A stretch of DNA of 64,000 bases from Heteronotia binoei (taxonomy: Eukaryota). Positions within the stretch are counted from its first letter, which is position 1; each line of letters begins with the position of its first letter. The position numbers and the translations under genes are program-made. The stretch is taken from contig NC_083239.1 of assembly GCF_032191835.1 (NCBI RefSeq), forward strand, positions 16,306,001 through 16,370,000. The letters run 5' to 3'. Shown piece by piece: positions 1-9,461 of this stretch. The notes below the pieces were generated by a model. That model ran no database searches, was not told where the DNA came from, and saw only the letters and a program-made list of their open reading frames with translations.

Positions 1-483
1 TGCTGAGCTTGAGGCTCCAGAACAATAGCTACCTGGACTTTGGGAGGTGGCCAATCAGGAGTCAGTGGGCCAGTACTTGTACCTATAGTTAAGAGTTTAC
101 ACCATCCACCAGGCTGTCTCTTCCTTTGAGAACGCACGCATAGCTGGTCTTGAGGACAAAAGGAGATTGAGGAAGAATCGCACTGCTACAGCACCAACCC
201 CAAATCAGACTTTTCCCTGCAGCCACTGTGGCCGGATCTGCCTGTCCTGCATTGGTCTTGTCAGCCACCAGCGAGCCTGCAGCAGACGTGGACTACTGCA
301 CCCTTCTTAAATCTTCATTTGCGAAGTCAAGCCGAGAGAGAGTTAAGAGTTGACAGGCTTAGGGTGGGGTCATTTGCATGTATATAAGCAGGGCCGTTGG
401 CCTGGGTCTTCAGTCTTGTGCTGATTTCACTAAATAAAGCAGAGCTGTTTCACTGCAATGTGTCTTGAACCCAGTATTTAATA
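1..483 (+). mobile_element. 5' LTR of Gypsy element 1 (starts just before the window; interrupted by an RTE fragment at 98-340)
   Basis: Aligns with 4557-4785 (about 19 differences in about 229 bp by eye). Contains TATATAA and AATAAA. Ends ...TTTAATA where the 3' LTR ends ...TTTAACA. Followed by PBS-like CTGGTGATGAAG at 484. Confidence 0.9.
98..340 (+). mobile_element. 5'-truncated RTE-clade LINE 3' end inserted in an LTR
   Basis: Near-identical to the 3' ends at 7500-7739 and 17420-17660. (GA)n tail. Perfect 11-bp TSD AGTTAAGAGTT at 87-97 and 341-351. Confidence 0.95.
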
Positions 484-539
484 CTGGTGATGAAGGTGGG
501 ATCCTGTTGAGTGGAGCCCAGCATCTATCTGCACTGCAC

Positions 540-1112
540 CACACCGCCCATTGAGCTCCATTGCCATCACACATTGCATTGCATCAGAACCAGACCTGAC
601 CATTGCTGCCACTCCAGGATACTTCAATGAATTTGAAGCTACCGCCAAGGACTGGGAGTCCTGCACCACCCAGTTTGCCTTCTTCTTAGAGTCCTCTGAC
701 ATCACAGACAATGCAAGATCGCCCCTTTCACTGCTGGCTCCAGCCGACCTCAAAGACACTCCGTAGCGGAACTTTATGAATCGTCTACAAGAGCACTTCG
801 CTCCCAAACCCTCCATTATAGTGGCCCATCACGCATTCTACGCAAGGAACCAGGTAGCCAGGGAGTCAATCACTGCCTTTGTTATGGCTAACCAGAGGGC
901 GGCCCACCACTGCAATTTCAGCAACCTGGAGGAAACACTCCAAGACCAGTTGGTGTGCAGCAGTTCACACCATAGTCAATGCTCCTGAACCCAAGTCCAA
1001 GCAGGAGCTGCAGGCTTTTCTGGGACTCCTGAACTTTTATCATTCTTTCCTGCCCCTGAAAGCAACCACAAGCCCTTCCTGGGTCTCCTCGCCTCAGACC
1101 AGCAGACCCTCC
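540..1112 (+). pseudogene. Internally deleted Gypsy gag plus short RT/RNase H remnants
   Basis: Gag-like LQEHFAPKPSII..HAFYARNQ..ESIT..AAHHCNF..LEETLQDQLVC, then NAPEPKSKQELQAFLGLLNFYHSFLP (RT-RH connection), then an NHKPFLGLLASDQQT-like RNase H piece. Stops and frameshifts are present. Confidence 0.85.
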
Positions 1113-1541
1113 TGTGGAGAAACGCCATTTTAGGCTATGGTTATCTGGGAGTTGTCAGGAAGAGGCTGTCAAACTTGAGGCAGGCTTTGGCCTAGTCTCT
1201 TCCTCCTGCCCCCTCCCCTCCAGCCTGGAACCAGCAATTTTTTTGGGGGGGGGAGGGCTCCTGGAGAGACAGGAAGTCCTTGTGGCCTGTCTCCCAGAAT
1301 GCTGTGTTCAGTTAGTTAGTATGGAAACCGTCAGAGGAAGGTATGGTCAAGCTTGCAACAGTCTAAGTAAAGTGCCTGCCCTGCATGTCATCCAGTTAGG
1401 GCAAGTATTATAACAGGGAGAGAAGGAGTGGTTTTCCCCTACTATGATTTGTTTTTTCTGTTTATTTTTTTTAAATGCCTGTAAATAGTTGTATACTTTA
1501 AATAAATGTTGTTTGTTTAAAGTGGAGTCCCTCTGTACCAC
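1113..1541 (+). mobile_element. Unclassified LTR-like segment interrupting Gypsy element 1
   Basis: Begins TGTGG where Gypsy homology stops and ends ...TACCACA. AATAAA near 1501. No TSD seen. Confidence 0.35.
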
Positions 1542-1614
1542 ATAGTTCCCCTAACCACTTGGAACACTAGGAGTGGGTTGGGGAATCCCTAGGGTGAAGA
1601 GAAGTGGCACAGTG

Positions 1615-2011
1615 GCTGGTTGTCAACTCTCCAGGGGAGCCCCAAAGGTCCAGAGGGAGGTTAGGATAGGCTTCCCAATCCTCAGGTCACAGCGGGGGAT
1701 CCCCCAGTTTTACAGGCTTCCCCCCACCCCCAGCCAGCTGGCTGGCGGGGGAAGCCCAGCACCCACAGCTACCATGCAGCTCTAGATCTTGGGCAGGTTT
1801 AGAAACCTGCAAAGAGGTCCATTTCAAAATGTGTGTGTGTCTGTGTGCCTTTAAAGTTGAGCAGGAAGTACTTCATGGGAAGGGTCAGCAACAAAGTCCC
1901 TTGGTTTGTTTTGCTTTCATTTCAGAGCAACTGTGTGTGTGTGAGAGAGAGAGAGAGCAGCACAGCCCCTATTCTTTTCAGATGTCGTTGTGGAAGAAAC
2001 AGACCCAGTAA

Positions 2012-2052
<41 letters not shown>

Positions 2053-2552
2053 TGTTGCCAATCCCCAGGTTTGGATCCCCCCCCCCCCCGCTTTGGGGTC
2101 ATCAGAAATTGGCCATGCTGGCTGGGGCTGATGGGAGTTGAAGGCAAAAAACATCTGGAGAGCTACTGTTTGCCACCCTTGCCATAGGGAATAATGGGGA
2201 ATTGATCCACGGATATCGGGGGCTCTGGAGGGGCCCTGTTTTTTTTAGGTAGATGCACTAAATTTTCAGTATAGCATCTTGTGCCTCTCCCCAAAATACC
2301 CCCCAAGTTTCAAAATGTTTGGATCAGGGGTCCAATTCTATGAGCCCCAAAAGAAGATGCCCCTATCCTTCACTATTTCCTATGGAAGGAAGACATTTAA
2401 AAAGGTGTGCTGTCCCTTTAAATGTGATGGCCAAAACTCCCTTGGAGTTCAATTATGCTTGTCACACCCTTGCTCCTGGCTCTGCCTCCAATGTCTCCTG
2501 GCTCCACCCCCAAAGTCCCCAGATATTTCTTGAATTGGACTTGGCAACCCTA
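1615..2552 (-). mobile_element. Composite non-autonomous hAT (TAGGGTTGCCA-type TIR) with internal (TG)n(AG)n microsatellites
   Basis: TTGGCAACCCTA TIR at 2541-2552 and a degenerate TIR at about 2050. 2183-2552 is the reverse complement of 54808-55190; 1700-1790 resembles 55200-55290. Microsatellites at 1828-1846, 1932-1957 and 2012-2052. Confidence 0.7.
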
Positions 2553-3274
2553 GGTTAGGAGGCTGTTCTGCCTAACTAGAGCCCAGAGAGGGACAGTGGT
2601 GGCAGCGAATATCCTGAGGCAGCAAAGTGGAATGGCCCTTTCAGGTCAGTGTACAAGGAAGGGTTGGGCAGGATTGGGGCCAGCTAACAGATGCAAGACC
2701 AGTCTGCCACACCCCCAAATGTTGTCTCTTTGGGTGCTGGTTGTGCTGGTCCATTTTCCTGGCAGGCTGCCAATACTCCCTCCAGTGCCGTCCTGGGAAG
2801 GCTATGGATTATGCTGATGCCCTGTTGCATGCTGCTTCATGCCAATGACTCAGATTGGGGCTGGGGGCTGCAGCCCCCCCCCCCTCGGATTTTCCTGCCC
2901 AGGGCTAAGCCCCTGCTGGGCAACCAACACAGGATTTGGGGCTTCAAAGGCATGAATGGAGTGATAAAGGCTATGTGTGATTTTCCCTCTGAGCTTCAGA
3001 GTCAGTGAATGACTTTATGAATGACTTTACAACCCAACCTTAGCTCCTTAGAAATGCTAATTGAGCTTCTCCCGCCAGAGGCTAGATGTCAATATGCATA
3101 TTAACCAGTGTTGGTAAACTCTAAATTGGTAAATCAATACATTGGCAGACAAGAGTCAAGGGGGTGAGGAGATCATAGCTTTTGCAGCACACATGAGATA
3201 CAGACCTCTCTGAGATCCATCCAGCCGATCCAGAGTGTTGAAGGACTCTTGATTTTGTAAGGTAATTGGGATAT

Positions 3275-3793
3275 TTAGGACCTGCCTACCTAAAGGACCG
3301 CCTCTCCCCATATGTACCCCGGAGAGCACTGAGGTCTGGTTCCCAGAATTTATTAACAATCCCTGGGCCAAGAGAAGTTAGGTTGAAGGCCACTAGGGAG
3401 CAGGCCTTCTCGGTGATAGCCCCTCGTTGGTGGAACGACCTTCCAGAGATGGTGCGAGCCCTGCGGGACCTGAACCAATTCCGCAGGGCTTGCAAAACAT
3501 TTCTTTTTCAGTTGGCATTTGAGACAGAACCTGATTAACTAACGAACAGACGCTTAGCCATCTTATGTACATCAGGATTACATCATTTTAGCACCTATTT
3601 TTATATGTTTTATCTATTTTAATTAATTTATTTGTAATTGATATTTAAACTGTTATGTTTTATGTGAATCATGGGACTCCCATGTCTGTTATACTGTTTA
3701 ATGTGAATCATGGGACTCCCATGTCTGTTAGCCGCCCTGAGCCCGCCTGGCGGGGAGGGCGGGATATAAAAATAAAATATTATTATTATTATA
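3275..3793 (+). mobile_element. L2-clade LINE 3' fragment
   Basis: ORF2 C-terminus LGPAYLKDRLSPYVPRRALRS..AFSVIAPRWWNDLP..FRRACKTFLF, the 3' stem-loop TTAGCCGCCCTGAGCCCGCCTGGCGGGGAGGGCGGGATATAAA, and an (ATT)n tail. Confidence 0.9.
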
Positions 3794-4034
3794 TCTGCAA
3801 AAGTTTTCACTTGTATCTTTGGATTCTCTGGATTAATTACTAAAGTATTGATATCCAGCACATATCAATCCTTATAAGTTTGGTGTCTGTTGGAAAAAAA
3901 AGCCTGGCTGGTGGCTACACCCACTTTTAATGTACCAACAGTCAGACTGCAGGCTCTCTTTGGTGGATTCAATATACTTGCTTGGTTCCAATTCACATTT
4001 GGGAGGAAAGTGAGATTGAGTGTGGGTGGACATG

Positions 4035-4145
4035 AAGATCAGAGGCCTTTAAGAACAAAAGTTGAGGCCACTGGCACCTTTAAGAACCAACCAAGTTTTA
4101 TTCTGGGCATCAGCTTTTCTGTGCATATACACTGTTTCATTTAGA
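4035..4145 (-). mobile_element. Penelope-like terminal fragment
   Basis: GGCACCTTTAAGAACCAACCAAGTTTTATTC motif shared with 24235-24420, 51995-52150 and 60640-60806. Confidence 0.55.
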
Positions 4146-4239
4146 TTGCACACACACTTATTTTATCTGACATGAGCTTCTTTTTTTGCTATTAATCATT
4201 GATCTTATTTATTGTTTTCCTGCTGTTGGTTTTATGATG

Positions 4240-4509
4240 TGAGCTATCCTGAGCCCATTTTGTGGGTCGGGCCGCCAACACACAGCCAGACAGCCCAGAG
4301 CCAGAGGTATCACCTCCTGCTGCCACTGACTTTCTGGTGTCTGCTCCTGCTCCTTCACTACCTGCTAGCACAGCTTCATCAACCCCAACCAGAGTTCCTG
4401 GTGCCTTGCCTGCACTGAGTGTGCTCCAATGGTCCAACCGAGAGTGGTGCAAGCCAGCACACCTCAAGGACTATGTTTGTTAGCTGTTTTGGGACTTAGA
4501 GGGGAGGAG
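4240..4509 (+). pseudogene. Gypsy element 1 integrase C-terminal tail and polypurine tract
   Basis: Ends SNREWCKPAHLKDYVC*, matching the pol end of element 2 (RRSNREHRKPAYLNDYIS*). PPT AGAGGGGAGGAG lies immediately before the LTR. Confidence 0.85.
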
Positions 4510-4785
4510 TGTTATGTATTGGTACTGGAATGTTCAGGGTTGTGCTACCAGAAACTTGCTGAGCTTGAGGCTCCAGAACAATAGCCACCTGGACTCTGGG
4601 AGGTGACCAATCAGGAGTCAATGGACCAGTACTTGTGCCTATAGTTAAGAGTTGATGGGTTTAGGGTAGGGTTATTTGCATGTATATAAGCACGGCTGTG
4701 GCCCTGGGTCTTCAGTCTTGTACTGATTTCACTAAATAAAGCAGAGCTGTTTCACTGCAATGCATCTTGAACCCAGTATTTAACA
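4510..4785 (+). mobile_element. 3' LTR of Gypsy element 1
   Basis: TGTTATG...TTAACA termini, preceded by the PPT, and a direct repeat of 1-97 plus 352-483. Confidence 0.92.
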
Positions 4786-4894
4786 GGCAGCTTTACCTGT
4801 ACTTCAGATTCCTGGTGAAGTGAGCTTTTTAACACTCTCCCCATAAAAACTCTTAGCAAATGAATAAGGAAGAAAGGTTGGGATGGTGCTATGA

Positions 4895-5035
4895 GTCGGG
4901 TGCTTTCACACGTGCTCAGCAATGCACTTCCGATCCATTTTACAACTGGATTTTACTGTGTGAAATGGCAAAACCCACTTGCAAATGATTGCTAAGGTGC
5001 ATTGAAAGTGGCCTGAAAGCTCATTATTCACTGTG
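4895..5035. mobile_element. Old palindromic MITE (Harbinger-like)
   Basis: TGCTTTCACAC start; internal sequence shared with 62589-62722. Confidence 0.55.
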
Positions 5036-5641
5036 CATGAAGATTTACAGGGATTTATGAATAGAAGGAAACTCCAATTTTGGTTAAAGCTGCACTAGCA
5101 GGAGCCACAGCCAGTTTAGCAATATCTTCCAGATGAACAGAGTTATTGTGGCAGAAACCTTTTGTGAAAGAGAGCACTGTGGACAAATTATATCTGACCA
5201 AATAGGCCAGGGATGAGCATCTTGTTCTGTTTCTGTATTGCTCCAGAAGGTTGCTCCGCACTGTATTTCAATCTCATTCTGGTTAAACTCAGTATATTTA
5301 TAAATTTAATTCCAGATCTGGAGTGTATGTACTGCACTGAAGCTTTTCATTCCTGCATTCCATTTTTATCTGTATCCCCCTTCTGTGTTGTCAGTGTGCA
5401 CGTACATCTGGACAATACAATGTGCGTGCAGGAGAGGGAAGCAAACAGATATGATTGTACGTCAGGCTTATGATATTTTACTAATGCACACAAGTGCTCT
5501 TAAGGACTGGTTAAAAACATCACGCGTACAAAGAAGCATCTTGTTTCTGTACTCAGCTCCCAACTGTACTTTCAATGCTTTATCAAAGTGTGCATGATGC
5601 AGAAGAAGGAGAAAGAAACCACAGAACTGAAAGCCAGAAGT

Positions 5642-5815
5642 CTGCTGTGGTGTCATGGTTAGAATGGCAGGTCAGGATGTGGAGATTAGGGTTCGGATCC
5701 CCTCTATAAAGCTCACCGGGTGACCTTGGGTCAGTCCCACTCTCAGCGCAGCCTACCTCACAGGGTTGTTCAGAGGTTTACACAAGAGGGAAGAACCAGC
5801 TATGCTGCCTGGAGG
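5642..5815 (+). mobile_element. tRNA-derived Sauria/Squam-type SINE (old)
   Basis: A-box-like TGGTGTCATGGTTAG, B-box-like GGTTCGGATCC, body GGGTGACCTTGGGTCAGTC..CCTACCTCACAGGGTTGTT. Confidence 0.7.
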
Positions 5816-7240
5816 ATGAACAGAATTTTTAAAAAAATGGTAGACAAGCTCTATGCGGAATGTAGGAATATGACATGAAGCAATGGAGGGAGAGTTGCCA
5901 CAGCACTGGGCTCCTCCTCGGAGAGCTAATTTCAGAGGCATCCCTAAAAGAAATGAGTTCCTGCCCACAAAAGATTTTTTCACAGCACATTTCACAACAT
6001 ATTGTCTCTCTGAGTTCATCAAGACTCTTTGCTGTTTTTAAATAATAATATATAGCAAGAATCCTGCAAAGATACACCTGCAATTTCCAGGAACTTGGAC
6101 AGATCTCAAATTGCAGCACACCATCTACCAATCAAATATTTAACTGTGACAATTCTGCACCAACATCATCATCAATCATCCTTTTTCTTTTGACAACAAC
6201 TGCAATGATAAATAATTACAATTATTCATTTACGTTGACTAAGTGCAAAGGTTTATTTTGAACCAAAATAAATGGATTATCCCTTAAGGTGCCACTTGGT
6301 TCTTAATGTAAAACCCAGAAAGTATGGGGAGCACACAAGCAGGAATTCCTATTTCACTCCATCTTCAGTTCTCTGGAAACCCCCGCCCCGCCCCCCTCCG
6401 CCAATAACTATCTCCATCCCTAGGCTTCTTGATTGGGAGCAGGTTCGCTGACTGAAGTCACTTTGTTGTTGTTTTATCTTTTGACTGTAGGTGGCAGTGC
6501 AGAGCACATGTTTCCGCTGCAATTTTTGAAAAAGATAAAGGGGGTTTAAAGAAGTTCTCTTTGCAAGAGGAAAGACCTTACCAGTGTGTTAACCACCACA
6601 ACCCCCACCAAACTATAATCCAAAACCATTATTTGGAACATATGCCAACTAGAAATGTACGTATGTGTATTTCTTGTTTCTCTTAATTTTCATGGATATT
6701 TGGGAAGACATTATTCATCCTGCCAATTTCTTTGGTAAATTTCCTGCTTTAATTCACTTCTGTCATGCATTTTTGCATCATTTATGTACAATGGACATGA
6801 AAGCACTGTTGACAGCATTATTTCCAGCAAATTTCATTGATTTGGTCTTGGAGAGAAAAGATTTGGAGTGCAAAGAAGCCATAAAAGGTCTTTGATTTTT
6901 CCCTGCAAAGCCAATTACTTCACTGTTTCTTAAAGGTATTATTTATTTATTTATTTCCTTTACCTATAGCCCACCTTTCTCCCCTAGACTTGAGGCGCAT
7001 TGCAAAATATTAAAAATATATATATTCAGGTAGCATAAAATATCCAGGAAATGATGCAATGCAACTAGGATTACAGAATTAGAGAACAGTGCAAAGAAAA
7101 AAATGGTCTAAGAAATTATTTGTCATAAACAATGAAGAAAATGGATTACAAATGTAGAGGAAAATGCAGTAAATATCTGACACAAAACAAACATTGCAAG
7201 AGAATACAGTCCTATTCCATTATAAAAGTGCCCTCATGAA

Positions 7241-7739
7241 GTCCTCAAGCGGGGGGAGGTTACCAGCATCGAGGCACTGCTGTTGAAGACGCAGCTGCGC
7301 TGGGCAGGGCATATTTCTAGGATGGAAAACCACCGCCTTCCCAAGATTGCCCTGTATGGCGAACTCTCCACCGGCCATCGAAATAGAGGGGCACCAAAGA
7401 AGAGGTACAAGGACTCCTTGAAGAAATCCCTTAGCACCTGTCACATCAACCATCACCAGTGGTCTGACCTAGCCTCAGATCGCAAAGCATGGAGGCACAC
7501 CATCCACCAGGCTGTCTCTTCCTTTGAGAACGCACGCATAGCTGGTCTTGAGGACAAAAGGAGATTGAGGAAGAATCGCACTGCTACAGGACCAACCCTA
7601 AATCAGACTTTTCCCTGCAGCCGCTGTGGCCGGACCTGCCTGTCCCACATTGGTCTTGTCAGCCACCAGCGAGCCTGCAGCAAACGTGGACTATTGCACC
7701 CTTCTTAAATCTTCGTTCGCGAAGCCAAGCCGAGAGAGA
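7241..7739 (+). mobile_element. 5'-truncated RTE-clade LINE
   Basis: KTQLRWAGHISRMENHRLPKIALYGELSTGHRNRGAPKKRYKD...CSRCGRTC..HIGLVSHQRAC, a (GA)n tail, and a candidate TSD CATGAA (7235-7240 / 7740-7745). Confidence 0.93.
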
Positions 7740-9116
7740 CATGAACTGTTCCATTATGCTACAATTCTAATCCCTTTATTTAAGAAATGCTCTCCTGAAC
7801 ATTACTGTGCTGTGCATGCTGCAGAGTGGCAGATGCTTGGAAGCCTTCCTGTGGTCCTCAGGCAGGCTGTTCCAAGAGGTGGGAGCCACAACAGAATAAG
7901 GCACACTTGTGGCCATTTGCCAGTCTTACCATTTGCAGGGTGGCACCTGCAAGCTTTGCTCAGATTATGGAGGCTGTTGCAGTGGAGCAAAGCAAGAGAG
8001 GAGGTCCTGCAGGCATGTTGGTCTAAGCAAGCAGCAGAAGAAAGATGCACTACTGCAGACACCAGATCCTTATACGTTTTGCATGCTGCTTCATCAGGGG
8101 ATTGTAGAGTAGCAATTGTAGAGTAGAGTTCCCATTGTGATTGAGGTATCAGTCCAATGTCATGAAGTCTTTCTAGAAATTATAGAACACTCCTACTGCA
8201 GTCAACAGGATAGCTCAGGAGGAAGATTTGTAGGCTTGACACAAACAGAAAACTAGTGAATGTTCATTTTTTTCCCCTCCCAATTGTCACTGTTTAGCAG
8301 GTAAATATGTTTATGCTTCTGCAAGCCAGGAATTCATCCCAAGCAGTGCATTAGATCATTCGCTTAGATAGTTTATACCTTTTGCAAAATGTATTTTCAA
8401 GGCTGGGGCACCCTTCTGTGATAACTAGGACGGATGAGCTTGTACAGTAGTCAACAAACCCAATCTTTCTCCTATCCTACCTTGGTTCTCTCTCTTTTAT
8501 GGGGGGGGGGTCACTTTGAACAATATAATTGGTATGAAGGATAGTCTGGAGGTCTTCCACTTTTCTAGACCCACTGAGCTGCAACCCTGTCATTTGCCAG
8601 GAAGAGGGGACCCAGGCTTCTATCACATCATTTTCAGGCTTCCCTCTGGTCACTGCAGAGCCATTCCTCCTCTGTAGAGATTGCTTCCTCCACCACTAGC
8701 ATTTCTGCATGCATAAAGGCTTCTTGAAAAACATTGATCTTGCACAAGGGCAGAGGAAGTTTGCACCACAGTGAAGGAAAGACTCTGCAGCGACCAGGGA
8801 GAAGCACAAGGTGAATGACATCATAGGATCCGACTAACAAAGGTATGTGACCACACAGGGGTAAAATCAAGGACAGTCAACTGTAGACCAAAATAATTGG
8901 GGATAGAAACACAAGCCAAACACCGGAAGGTGTACTGCAGTGCTGAGCAAGTCAAGGGCCAGAGTCATGGAGGAATCTTCTGCACTGGGTGACCCCCCTT
9001 CACCAACAAGATGCTCCTCTTAGTGTGTGTGCAAATACTGACAGAAAGTATGGTGCCCTATTTAGGATTGCTGGCTTATTCAGTGTAGGACATTTCCTGC
9101 TGCCTCCTTTTGACCC

Positions 9117-9437
9117 TATAATATAGTGGGTTCTATACATTAATGAGGCGAGGTGGTAGTGAACATAGCTCTTTTATTGAATACAGCATGGTATAGCGCT
9201 GCCTATGAAGACTGAAAACTAGGGCCGTAGGGCCCACTATATATGCACACCCAAAGTTCCCGTGCTGCCTGTGACTGGACCATTCAAACCAGTCGGGGGC
9301 TCTTGATTGGAGCAGGGCAGCAGGATTTGGATCCTGCTGCCTATTGTTCCTGAGTCCCCCAAGCTCTGTCCTTCAGGCCCCAGTGAGCCATGCAGGAACT
9401 CCAGCTTATAGATACAATTCTAAGCACATATACAACA
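9117..9437 (-). mobile_element. 3' LTR of Gypsy element 2
   Basis: Minus strand starts TGTTGTATATG, contains TATATA and AATAAAA, and ends ...GAACCCACTATATTATA (analogous to element 1 GAACCCAGTATTTAACA). The PPT reverse complement TCCCTCCCCCCT is at 9438-9449. Confidence 0.85.
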
Positions 9438-9461
9438 TCCCTCCCCCCTTAGTTTGCAAGC

